Source: a bacterium
GTDB lineage: Bacteria > Verrucomicrobiota > Kiritimatiellia > RFP12 > UBA1067
Length of the DNA: 56,685 bases
NCBI GenBank assembly: GCA_037141675.1
Contig: JBAXCC010000001.1
Coordinates: 1 to 56,685, forward strand
Direction of reading: 5' to 3'
Positions 8,456 to 17,467 of the stretch are shown piece by piece. A program made the translations under genes and the position numbers. Below the pieces are notes generated by a model. It worked only from the letters and a program-made list of their open reading frames with translations. It searched no databases and was not told the DNA's origin. Every line of letters starts with the position of its first letter. Within the stretch, counting starts at the first letter, position 1.

Positions 8456-9757
8456 ATGAAACAAATCGGTGTCGGGTTGTTAGGCTTTGGAACAGTCGGA
8501 GCTGGCGTTGCGGATGGGTTGCTGCGGAACCAGAAAACTATGGCGGAACGCTTGGGCGTTGAAGTTGTCTTGAAGCGTATCGCAGATGTTGATATTACTA
8601 CGGATCGTGGCATTTCTCTGGATCGATCCCTGCTGACGACGGATGCCATGTCGGTCATCCACGACAAGGACATTGATGTGATTGTGGAGCTGATTGGGGG
8701 TACGGGGATTGCAAAAGCCCTTGTATTGGCTGCGTTGAATGCTGGAAAATCCGTTGTGACGGCCAATAAGAAGCTTTTGGCTGAATATGGGGATGAAATT
8801 TTTGGTGTAGCTGCGAAGAATGGCGTGGACATCTATTTTGGGGCAAGTGTGGGAGGGGGAATCCCGATCATACGCGTCCTGCGGGAAGGATTGGCGGGCA
8901 ATGAAATCCAGAGTATCCACGGCATTCTGAACGGGACCTGCAATTACATCCTGACACGTATGGAGAATGAGGGGCTTCCGTTTGAGGAAGTGCTGGCAGA
9001 TGCGCAGCGAGCAGGATATGCGGAGGCGAATCCGGGTCTGGATATTGATGGCTATGACACGGCGCACAAGGCGATCATCCTGGCGTCGCTCGCATACGGC
9101 TTCCATGTGCCCATGGACGAGGTGCTGGTTGAGGGCATCCGAAATCTCTCCAGTATGGATGTGAAATTTGCTGCTGGATTTGGGTACCGTATCAAGTTGC
9201 TGGCGATTATTAAGCGCGATGGAAATCAGATTGAAGTGCGTGTGAGCCCGACGCTTGTTCCGTTGACACACATGTTGGCATCAGTCAGCCAGGTGTTTAA
9301 TGCGGCGATGGTGCGGGGCGATTTAAGTGGCGATACGCTATACTATGGCCGTGGCGCTGGACGCGAACCAACAGCCAGCACGGTTATTGGTGATATTGGC
9401 GATGTGTCGCGTAATATCTTGTCTGGACAACCTCGCTATGGCCGTGGCGTGAATGTCGCCAATGAAGGCAAGTTCGTTATGCGTGCGGCCGCGGATATCA
9501 CGAGCAAATATTACATTCGCTTGATGGTCCTGGATAAGGCGGGTTCGCTGGGGTTGATGACGACGACGCTGGGACGTCACGGCGTCAGCATTCTTGCCGC
9601 GACGCAGCAGGAACACCCGGAGAGCAGCAATGTCGGCCATGTTCCGGTTGTGATGCTGACACATGATGCGAAGGCCTCCGAGATTGACTGTGCGCTCAAG
9701 GAGATTTTTGATGCAGGCGTCGTAAGTGAGATGCCTGTCCGTTTACGTATGATCTAA
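8456..9757 (+). CDS. hom: Homoserine dehydrogenase
   Basis: MKQIGVGLLGFGTVGAGV NAD-binding N-terminus with family-wide similarity and a C-terminal ACT-like region. The track ORF starts at 8270, but that extension overlaps the divergent dac gene; ATG at 8456 (or 8438) is preferred. Confidence 0.9.
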   Translation: MKQIGVGLLGFGTVGAGVADGLLRNQKTMAERLGVEVVLKRIADVDITTDRGISLDRSLLTTDAMSVIHDKDIDVIVELIGGTGIAKALVLAALNAGKSVVTANKKLLAEYGDEIFGVAAKNGVDIYFGASVGGGIPIIRVLREGLAGNEIQSIHGILNGTCNYILTRMENEGLPFEEVLADAQRAGYAEANPGLDIDGYDTAHKAIILASLAYGFHVPMDEVLVEGIRNLSSMDVKFAAGFGYRIKLLAIIKRDGNQIEVRVSPTLVPLTHMLASVSQVFNAAMVRGDLSGDTLYYGRGAGREPTASTVIGDIGDVSRNILSGQPRYGRGVNVANEGKFVMRAAADITSKYYIRLMVLDKAGSLGLMTTTLGRHGVSILAATQQEHPESSNVGHVPVVMLTHDAKASEIDCALKEIFDAGVVSEMPVRLRMI

Positions 9758-9807
9758 TCAAAAGAGCGGGTAGCGCCTACGTGCTGCCCATGAGGAAAGA
9801 GAAGAAG

Positions 9808-11166
9808 ATGAAGGTATGTAAGTTTGGCGGGTCGTCTGTTGCAGATTCAAAGCAGGTTAATAAGATCGTTGATATTATTCTTTCAGATGCAGACCGTAAG
9901 ATTGTTGTCGTTTCTGCCCCTGGTAAGCGAAACAAGGAGGACATGAAGGTCACGGACATGCTGATCCAGTGCGCGGATGAGGTGTTGGCGGGCAAGTGTT
10001 ATGAAACGACCTTGAAGGCGATTGTTGAACGCTATGCGGAAATCCAGCGCGAGTTGAATCTGCCTTCAGGCGTTGTTGCTGAAATCGAGAAAGATTTACG
10101 GTCACGTGTCAAAGGCGACACCTCACATCATGGCATGTTTATGGACTGCATGAAGGCTGCGGGCGAAGACAATGCGGCAAAGATTGTTGCTCAGGCTTTT
10201 CAGGCGCGTGGCGCAAAAGCCATCTATGTCAATCCGCATGAAGCCGGTATGTTTTTAACCGAGGATTTTGGCAATGCGCAGTTGCTGGATGAATCCTATC
10301 CGCTGATGAAGCGCACGCTTTCGAATCGCGATGAGCTGGTGATCTTCCCTGGCTTCTTTGGCTACACGAAGAAGGGTCACGTAGCGACATTCCCTCGTGG
10401 CGGTTCGGATATCACAGGTTCGATTCTGGCTGCTGCTGTGCAGGCGGACGTGTATGAAAACTTTACGGATGTTGACTCTGTTTATCCTGTTGATCCTCGC
10501 TTAGTTCCTGAGGTGAAGGACGGCATCAAGGAGATGACCTACCGTGAAATGCGCGAACTGGCGTATGCAGGCTTTGGAGTGTTCCATGATGAAGCCGTTA
10601 TCCCAGCGGTCAAGGCGGGCATTCCGATCAATGTGCGCAACACGAACCGTCCTTCAGAACCTGGCACGATGATCGTCAAGACGCGTGAAGCTCAGACGGC
10701 GGGAGTCGTAGGGATTGCCAGCGGTGACGGCTTTTGCAATATCTTCATCGACAAGTATATGATGAACCGCGAAGTCGGTTTTGGCCGCAAGCTCCTTCAG
10801 ATCCTTGAAGAAGAGGGCGTTTCTTACGAGCACATGCCGTCGGGCATTGACAATGTGTCCGTCGTTTTCCGTGATCGCAATTTTACGGCAGAGTGCGAGG
10901 CACGTGTACGGACTCGTATTTTCAAGGACCTCTCGCCGGACAATGTCCAGATTGAGCGTGGCTACGCGCTGGTCATGGTTGTGGGCGAAGGCCTTTACTA
11001 CACCGTCGGCATGGCCTCCAAGGCGACAAACGCACTTGCTGCTGCACATGTGAACATTGAGATGATGAACCAAGGGTCTTCGGAGATCAGCATGATGTTC
11101 GGAGTGAAGTCGGCTGACCGTGTCACCGCGGTCAAAGCGTTGTATCAGGCCTTCTTTGGAAAATGA
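9808..11166 (+). CDS. lysC: Aspartate kinase (monofunctional)
   Basis: MKVCKFGGSSV N-terminus, amino-acid kinase core, C-terminal ACT region. ATG 9808 is preceded by GGAAAGAG. The track start 9781 is a GTG. Confidence 0.9.
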   Translation: MKVCKFGGSSVADSKQVNKIVDIILSDADRKIVVVSAPGKRNKEDMKVTDMLIQCADEVLAGKCYETTLKAIVERYAEIQRELNLPSGVVAEIEKDLRSRVKGDTSHHGMFMDCMKAAGEDNAAKIVAQAFQARGAKAIYVNPHEAGMFLTEDFGNAQLLDESYPLMKRTLSNRDELVIFPGFFGYTKKGHVATFPRGGSDITGSILAAAVQADVYENFTDVDSVYPVDPRLVPEVKDGIKEMTYREMRELAYAGFGVFHDEAVIPAVKAGIPINVRNTNRPSEPGTMIVKTREAQTAGVVGIASGDGFCNIFIDKYMMNREVGFGRKLLQILEEEGVSYEHMPSGIDNVSVVFRDRNFTAECEARVRTRIFKDLSPDNVQIERGYALVMVVGEGLYYTVGMASKATNALAAAHVNIEMMNQGSSEISMMFGVKSADRVTAVKALYQAFFGK

Positions 11167-12755
11167 TCATGAAAAATAAAGTCTACATCTATGATACGAC
11201 CTTGCGCGATGGCGCGCAGGGAGAGGGGGTCTCATTTTCAGACTCCGGCAAGGTGCGCTTTGCTAAAATGCTGGATGAATTTGGTGTAGACTTTATTGAA
11301 GGCGGGTTTGCTGGTTCGAATCCGCGTGATCAGAAATTCTTTAAGGATATCAAACGGGAAAAACTGTTGACTGCGCGTATCGCAGCCTTCGGCAGTACGC
11401 GGCGTGCGGATTTAGATGCTAAGCATGATCCGCAGCTTCACGGCTTGCTGACTGCTGATACGGAGTGGGTCACTATCTATGGCAAATCATGGTTGTTACA
11501 TGTGACGGATGTGCTCAAGACGACCGGCAAAAATAACCTCCAGATGATTGCCGATACGGTTGGTTTCTTGAAGAGCTCTGGTCGCAATGTCTTTTTTGAT
11601 GCTGAACATTTCTTTGATGGTTACAAGGCTGATGCTGATTATGCACTGAAGGCCCTCGGTGCTGCGTTGCGTGAAGGCGCAGCTGGTGTGGTGCTCTGCG
11701 ATACGAACGGGGGATGTCTGCCGCATGAAGTTTTTGCGATCACAAAGGCGGTTCGCAAGGCGTTCCCGAAAACTGAAGTGGGCATTCATGGACACAATGA
11801 CGGCGGTTTGGCTGTCGCCAATTCACTTGAAGCTGTTCGAGCGGGAGCGCGACAGGTGCAAGGCACAATCAACGGATATGGTGAACGTACGGGCAACGCC
11901 AATTTGGTGAGTATCATTCCCTCCTTGGAATTGAAGATGGGGTATGTGTGTGTCGGTGAAAAGAATCTGCGTCGCCTGCGTGAAATTTCGTTGATCACTG
12001 ATGACCTTGCCAACCAGCGTGTGGATGCACGTCAACCGTATGTGGGTAAAACAGCATTCACCCATAAGGCAGGCATGCATGTGAATGCTGTCCAAAAGAA
12101 TACAAAGACCTTTGAGCACATTACGCCGGAACAAGTCGGAAACCAACGGCATGTGTTGATTTCAGAATTATCAGGCGCTTCTAACGTCCTGATGAAGGCG
12201 CAGGAACTGGGCATTGATGTGACCGGCATTACCAAGGAAGACTCCCGTGCAGTTCTGGAAGAACTTAAGGTGCGTGAGCACAATGGGTATTCGTATGAGT
12301 CCGCAGATGGGTCATTCAAAATCATGCTGCAAAAAGTGCTGCACAAACATAAGCCATTCTTTGAGCTTGAAGGGTTCCGCGTGATTGTTGAAAAGCGTGG
12401 GCGTGAGGAGCCTTGCATTTCCGAAGCCACGATCAAGGTCAAGGTCGGAAACGAAACAGAGTTGACCGCAGGTGAAGGACATGGACCTGTTGATGCACTC
12501 AACGCTGCCTTACGTGCTGCGCTGACGCGCTTCTATCCTGAAATTGCGGATATCGCATTGACGGATTATCGTGTCCGCATTCTTGATCCCAAACTGGCAA
12601 CACGTGCGATGACGCGTGTTGTGATCGAGTCTGGCGACGGCAAGTCCCAATGGGGAACAGTCGGCGTTTCCGAAAACATCATTGAAGCCTCATGGCAGGC
12701 ACTTCTGGACAGTGTTGAGCACAAGCTGTTTGAAGTTGCGCTGGAAAAGCAATAA
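11163..12755 (+). CDS. cimA: (R)-citramalate synthase (LeuA-family, CimA type)
   Basis: YDTTLRDGAQGEGVSFS and HGHNDGGLAVANSL motifs; ~530-aa length with a LeuA-dimer-like C-terminus typical of CimA. ATGA overlap with the aspartate kinase stop. Confidence 0.8.
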   Translation: MIMKNKVYIYDTTLRDGAQGEGVSFSDSGKVRFAKMLDEFGVDFIEGGFAGSNPRDQKFFKDIKREKLLTARIAAFGSTRRADLDAKHDPQLHGLLTADTEWVTIYGKSWLLHVTDVLKTTGKNNLQMIADTVGFLKSSGRNVFFDAEHFFDGYKADADYALKALGAALREGAAGVVLCDTNGGCLPHEVFAITKAVRKAFPKTEVGIHGHNDGGLAVANSLEAVRAGARQVQGTINGYGERTGNANLVSIIPSLELKMGYVCVGEKNLRRLREISLITDDLANQRVDARQPYVGKTAFTHKAGMHVNAVQKNTKTFEHITPEQVGNQRHVLISELSGASNVLMKAQELGIDVTGITKEDSRAVLEELKVREHNGYSYESADGSFKIMLQKVLHKHKPFFELEGFRVIVEKRGREEPCISEATIKVKVGNETELTAGEGHGPVDALNAALRAALTRFYPEIADIALTDYRVRILDPKLATRAMTRVVIESGDGKSQWGTVGVSENIIEASWQALLDSVEHKLFEVALEKQ

Positions 12756-12972
12756 TATGGAATACGGTAAAACGAGCATCAAGATGTTTGGCGGTGCCGT
12801 TGCAGCGCTGATCCTCTTACAGGTCTCGGGAAAGCTGGGTGGCTGAGGAAACCCCTTTGCGATACCGTGTGTACTCGCAATGATACTCTTAATTCCGGCA
12901 GGATTGATTATCGCATCTGTGGGTCTTGTGAAACAGGAGACCCCGCGTAAATATTGCATCATCGGCTTATGC

Positions 12973-13890
12973 CTAAATCTGCTGTGGCTGCTGCTGGTCG
13001 GGCTTATGATGTTCGCGTAATCCCAGCGCCGGATAAAGGCAGCCACGGACAAGCCAGACGAGGAAGGCGAGCATCACCAGCGGGTAAAAGACGCCGCTAA
13101 GCACCTTGACCGCCACAAGCTGGCAGATGGCCAGGATGACGGTTGAAAGCTCATCCTTGGCGAACCGTGAAATCTCTGTAAACTTATATTTTAAGAAGTT
13201 TGCCTTGTCTGACATTTCGCTTACAGAGGTAAAGCCATCCATATTGAAAACATCATGGATGTGTTTAAAGGTCTTATCAACATCAGCTTGCATGTGCGCC
13301 GTTGTCCGCTCCGCCAGATAGGCTGTGCCGGCAAGCGTCAAGGGCAATAAGGCGACGATCAGTATCCAGCAGAGGAAGAGAATGCCCCCGATGCGCCGCA
13401 ATATATAGCGAAGGAGATGGTTTGTGTTGAGCAGGAATGCGAGCAGGCCCTCGACTAAATAACAGGCCAGAAAGGCAATACAAAAAGGTTGCATCAGTTC
13501 AGGGAACCCACCGACGACACACTTGATGGAAATCAGAAAAACAGCACTGGTCAGAAGAATTTTCCATGCGATGTTGATACAGTCCAGCATGGGTTTCATA
13601 AGGTCTCCTGCCTGGACCGTCATGCCGCCTTTTGTGACAACAATACCCGCCTCAAACTGGATGGTTGAGCCCTCAATCATGTCAGCGGCAGCTTTTGCGA
13701 CGCCCACAGGAATCATGAGTTGCGTGGTGTCACGGATCGAGGCGTCTAGGTATGCACGATTTTTGTCTGTGAGCGGCGCGGTGATGCGATTAAGCACATG
13801 AAGGCCGCCGCAACATGCGATTAACAGTAAGACGGACAGAATGATCACTGGGCGGAAAGCAACGAGACGTGTTTTCCATTTCGTGTTCAT
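12973..13890 (-). CDS. Polytopic membrane protein, unknown function
   Basis: 305 aa with multiple hydrophobic segments. Starts 9 nt downstream of the parA stop on the same strand. Confidence 0.6.
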   Translation of the reverse strand: MNTKWKTRLVAFRPVIILSVLLLIACCGGLHVLNRITAPLTDKNRAYLDASIRDTTQLMIPVGVAKAAADMIEGSTIQFEAGIVVTKGGMTVQAGDLMKPMLDCINIAWKILLTSAVFLISIKCVVGGFPELMQPFCIAFLACYLVEGLLAFLLNTNHLLRYILRRIGGILFLCWILIVALLPLTLAGTAYLAERTTAHMQADVDKTFKHIHDVFNMDGFTSVSEMSDKANFLKYKFTEISRFAKDELSTVILAICQLVAVKVLSGVFYPLVMLAFLVWLVRGCLYPALGLREHHKPDQQQPQQI

Positions 13891-13899
13891 AGCATAAGG

Positions 13900-14679
13900 T
13901 TATAATGCGTGACGTTGTACAAATTCCTTGGCAAATGTACGATAGGCTTCAGCGCCTTTGCTGGTCGGATCAAAAAAGATAACGGGTTTTCCAAAGCTTG
14001 GTGCTTCGCTAATGCGTACGTTGCGAGGGATAATCGTATTGTAAACCGTGTCGCTAAAATGGGTACGGACTTCTTGCACGACATCCCAAGCAAGGCGTGT
14101 GCGCCCGTCGAACATCGTCATGAGGATACCTTCGAGTTTTAGGGTCGGATTCACGCCGTTATCACGCAGTTGATTGATGATGGAGGTAATGACACTGAGC
14201 CCCTCCATGGCATAATATTCGCATTGCATGGTGACGATGATGCTGTCCGCAGCAGCAAGAGACGAGGTCATCAGGATGCCGAGCGACGGCGGGCAGTCCA
14301 TCAGGATATAGTCAAATACGTTCGCGGTGAGTACTCGATCCAAGAGATTGCGTACAACGACCAGATGGTTTTCCTGACGCGCAATTTCAAGCTCAGCACC
14401 GGCCAAATCGAGCTCTGAAGGAATGATGTTGATGCCTTCGAACGGAGTGGCCTGGATAATGTCCGCAATATCCTTTGTGCCCGAGAGCACAGCATATAGG
14501 CTACTGTCAGGCTGGCGTTGCATGCCGAGTCCGCTTGTCGCATTGGCCTGCGGGTCGAGGTCGATGACCAGCACCGTCTTTTTCATTTCTGAAAGCGCGG
14601 CAGCCAAGTTGACCACGGTCGTGGTCTTTCCGACCCCGCCCTTTTGATTCGCGATTGCAATGACTTTTGTAGTTCTCAT
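13900..14679 (-). CDS. parA: ParA/Soj-family partition ATPase (no adjacent parB)
   Basis: Deviant Walker [10 protein letters not shown] with full-length Soj-like sequence ([13 protein letters not shown]...). Its ATG overlaps the leuD stop (ATGA at 14676-14679). Confidence 0.85.
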   Translation of the reverse strand: MRTTKVIAIANQKGGVGKTTTVVNLAAALSEMKKTVLVIDLDPQANATSGLGMQRQPDSSLYAVLSGTKDIADIIQATPFEGINIIPSELDLAGAELEIARQENHLVVVRNLLDRVLTANVFDYILMDCPPSLGILMTSSLAAADSIIVTMQCEYYAMEGLSVITSIINQLRDNGVNPTLKLEGILMTMFDGRTRLAWDVVQEVRTHFSDTVYNTIIPRNVRISEAPSFGKPVIFFDPTSKGAEAYRTFAKEFVQRHAL

Positions 14680-15230
14680 ATTTGTTTTTTGATCATACCA
14701 ATTTTGCGGGCATAGGCGAACATGCCACCTGCGTCGATGACGGGAGCGACTGCGCCAATAGGCTTGAGTGAAAAGACTTTGCCATCCGAGAGTCGTGTGA
14801 TGGAGTTGGTCTCAATATTCACTTCAGCTTCGTCGCCGGTCTTGAACTCTGCGCAGAGGCGCGTTTCGGATTCCAGCGGAAAGACTTCGCCTGTCGCAAC
14901 ACAGTTGCGGAAGAAGATGCGTGCGTAGCTCTGTGCGACTACGGCGCTTGCACCAGCCGCCCCAAGTGCGATTGGTGCATGTTCACGTGATGAGCCGCAC
15001 CCGAAATTGCGTCCGCCAATCACAATTGGATAGGGGGTGCTACCATCGGGGTTGGAGGCATACTTCGGAAAGGAATCCGGCAATCCAGCCAGCGCATACG
15101 AACCCAGCTTCTTGTATTCCTCAGGAATGGTTGGGACCAAGTTGAGGTAACAGGCTGGGATGAGCAGATCTGTGTCGATATTGTCTTCGAGCACATAAAC
15201 CGGACCGCGGATGAGTTTTGATTTTGACAT
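14676..15230 (-). CDS. leuD: 3-isopropylmalate / citramalate isomerase small subunit
   Basis: NIDTDLLIP and [13 protein letters not shown] motifs of the aconitase swivel domain. Confidence 0.9.
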   Translation of the reverse strand: MSKSKLIRGPVYVLEDNIDTDLLIPACYLNLVPTIPEEYKKLGSYALAGLPDSFPKYASNPDGSTPYPIVIGGRNFGCGSSREHAPIALGAAGASAVVAQSYARIFFRNCVATGEVFPLESETRLCAEFKTGDEAEVNIETNSITRLSDGKVFSLKPIGAVAPVIDAGGMFAYARKIGMIKKQI

Positions 15231-15269
15231 GTTAAAATACTCCTTAAGTGGACGATCTTCCTGTCATCT

Positions 15270-16559
15270 TTAGATATCCCGAGGATCGGTGATAAAGCCC
15301 TTGATTGCTGTAGCTGCAGCTGTGTAGGGCGATGCCAGATAAACCTGTGAGTCCTTCGACCCCATACGGCCAATGAAGTTGCGGTTCGTTGTGCTCACCA
15401 CGACTTCGTTTCCATGTGTGCGTCCAAAGGTGTCAATAGGTCCGCCAAGGCAGGCTGCGCAGGAGGGCGGTGCAATAGGCTCAACACCTGCTGCCTCGAA
15501 GATCGAGCGCAAGCTCTGACCGTCGATCTTTGTGTCAACCAAGCCTTGCTCCACGTGACGGGTAGCCGGCACGATCAATGTTTTGATCGCGACTTTGCGT
15601 CCCTTCAATATCTGGGCGGCCATGATGAAGTCTTCAAGTTTGCCACCGGTGCATGAACCGATGTAGACCTGTGTCACCTTGACATCGCGGCAGGCGCGTG
15701 CCAGTGCCTTGTTGTCCGGCAGATGAGGCTTTGCGACCACGGGTTCAAGCTTGGAAATATCGTAACGATATTCAGCTTGCACCTTGGCGCCAGCATCACT
15801 GTAGAGCGGTTCGTAGGGCTTCTTGGTGCGCGCGTTGACGAAATCAAAGGTCTTTTGGTCAGGCGCGATGATGCCGTTCTTTGCTCCGGCCTCGACCGCC
15901 ATATTGCAGATGGTGCAGCGTTCTTCAATGCTCAGCGCCTCGATTGCTGAACCTGTGAATTCCATTGCGCAATAGGTTGCGCCGTCCACACTGATGTCAC
16001 CGATGATGTGGAGAATCAGGTCCTTGGCTGAAAGATACGAGGGCATCTTGCCGTCCAGCACGAAGCGGATGGTCGGAGGAACCTTGATCAACAGCTTTCC
16101 GGCACCCATGATGAAACCAGCATCCGTGTTACCGATACCGCTTGAAAATGCGCCGAGCGCACCATGCGTGCACGTGTGCGAGTCTGTTCCGAAGATCGTC
16201 TCGCCAGGACGGACATGGCCAAGTTCGGGCAAGGCCACATGGCAGACGCCACAGTAGCTCGGGGTACCCGGATCATAGAAATACGGGAGGTTCTGTTCCT
16301 TCACAAACGCGCGGAGCGTGTCGATGTTACGATGCGCCTTCACGTCGGCAGTGAAAATGTAATGGTCCGGAAGGATGACAATTTTCTCACGGTCGAAAAC
16401 CTTGGCATCCTTGCCGAATTCCTGTTGGAAGATACCGATGGTCCCCGGCCCGCAGACGTCATGTGTGAGGAGGATGCCTGCATTAACCCAAATGTTGTCG
16501 CCGGGCTGCACGATGGATGCACCTGATTCCCGGGCTAGAATTTTTTCAGTTATGGTCAT
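15270..16559 (-). CDS. leuC: 3-isopropylmalate / citramalate isomerase large subunit
   Basis: MTITEKILA N-terminus and aconitase-family Cys ligand contexts (GSCTGG, CAACLGG). ATG at 16559 is preceded by GGAGAA. The track start 16574 is a TTG. Confidence 0.9.
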   Translation of the reverse strand: MTITEKILARESGASIVQPGDNIWVNAGILLTHDVCGPGTIGIFQQEFGKDAKVFDREKIVILPDHYIFTADVKAHRNIDTLRAFVKEQNLPYFYDPGTPSYCGVCHVALPELGHVRPGETIFGTDSHTCTHGALGAFSSGIGNTDAGFIMGAGKLLIKVPPTIRFVLDGKMPSYLSAKDLILHIIGDISVDGATYCAMEFTGSAIEALSIEERCTICNMAVEAGAKNGIIAPDQKTFDFVNARTKKPYEPLYSDAGAKVQAEYRYDISKLEPVVAKPHLPDNKALARACRDVKVTQVYIGSCTGGKLEDFIMAAQILKGRKVAIKTLIVPATRHVEQGLVDTKIDGQSLRSIFEAAGVEPIAPPSCAACLGGPIDTFGRTHGNEVVVSTTNRNFIGRMGSKDSQVYLASPYTAAATAIKGFITDPRDI

Positions 16560-16599
16560 TCGTTTGTTCTCCAATGGTCATCCCTTAGGGGTTGACCTG

Positions 16600-17319
16600 C
16601 TATCCCCGTTTCACAAGGCTAAAAAACCGGTCTTGGTATTGCTCAAATACGCCGTGATCCTGTAAGTACTTGCCGAGTGATTTCACAAGGCTCGCGTCGC
16701 GGGCGGCTGCGTGAAAGCCCTTTTCAATTTCATCACGGATGCCCATCGGGATACCGTCTTTCATTTCAAACATACGGCGGTCCTCTAATTCCCGGATATT
16801 CAGTGGGGCCGAGGCGTGCATGACAAGCCAGAAGAGCCTGATTAGGCAGACATCCCAGGGAGAATCGACACCTTTGACAACAGCCGAGAATGGGTCCTTT
16901 TTTGCTGTGACATCAGTTTTGACGCGTTCGAGAACCGCCGTGATACTGTCGGTCACAGTTTGTTCGCTGAACGTGTCCTGCTTCAGGGAATAACCATATT
17001 GCAGGATACGGATGGAGTCCTCATTCTCACGAAGCCAATCAATATACTTGGCAGCCTCTTCCCCGAAACCTTTGAGCTCTGTTTCTGCGTAGGCGGAAGG
17101 TGTAATGATCTGAGGGCGGGATGCCTGCATACGTCCTTCACGGATGCGAACCTTAGTCGGGTCGTCCATCAGTTCTGAAACAAGGGTATAGTTAATCATC
17201 GTATTGCCAAACGTTTCCAGATGACGTTTGGGCGGAACGATAATTTCCGTGTTATGCACGGCATACCAAAAATCAAATTGTGTAGGCTTTTTGCTCATGT
17301 GAATAGAATATATTATCAT
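16600..17319 (-). CDS. Conserved-looking hypothetical protein (first gene of the leuCD-parA operon)
   Basis: 239-aa ORF ending 40 nt upstream of leuC on the same strand. Alternative ATG at 17298. No family recognised. Confidence 0.6.
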   Translation of the reverse strand: MIIYSIHMSKKPTQFDFWYAVHNTEIIVPPKRHLETFGNTMINYTLVSELMDDPTKVRIREGRMQASRPQIITPSAYAETELKGFGEEAAKYIDWLRENEDSIRILQYGYSLKQDTFSEQTVTDSITAVLERVKTDVTAKKDPFSAVVKGVDSPWDVCLIRLFWLVMHASAPLNIRELEDRRMFEMKDGIPMGIRDEIEKGFHAAARDASLVKSLGKYLQDHGVFEQYQDRFFSLVKRG

Positions 17320-17467
17320 AAACGGGGGTGAGTTGTCACGTTGGTGATTTTTAATTTTCTGAAAAAAAATAGGGGTTTGCGTCTTTAGGCAAGGGATGAT
17401 AAACTAGTAACTCAATTTTTGGCAGAACGATGGCCTTTATGGGCTATTACACAGGTAAAGACAAAAC

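Noticed and set aside
8480-9271. 263-aa minus-strand ORF inside homoserine dehydrogenase. The same applies to other long antisense ORFs: 39503-40225 in rnfC, 32172-32807 in the sulfatase, 12032-12502 in cimA, 18011-18517 in metX, 44532-45065 in the propeller gene and 53851-54372 in paralogue 3.
   Set aside because: Each lies entirely within a gene with clear family motifs on the other strand and shows no motifs of its own. These are shadow ORFs.
13887-14093. 68-aa minus-strand ORF bridging the parA 3' end and the membrane-protein start
   Set aside because: It lies almost entirely out of frame within parA and has no independent support.
13900-14679. parA as evidence for a plasmid, an integrated element or the chromosomal origin
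   Set aside because: It is flanked by core biosynthetic genes and overlaps leuD. No rep, parB, integrase or cluster of DnaA boxes was seen; only isolated near-matches occur inside genes.
17320-17467. Possible SAM riboswitch in the metX leader
   Set aside because: I could not find the conserved cores of the SAM-I or SAM-II classes by eye, and after the candidate promoter only about 60 nt of leader remain. A covariance-model scan (Rfam) would be needed to exclude it formally.
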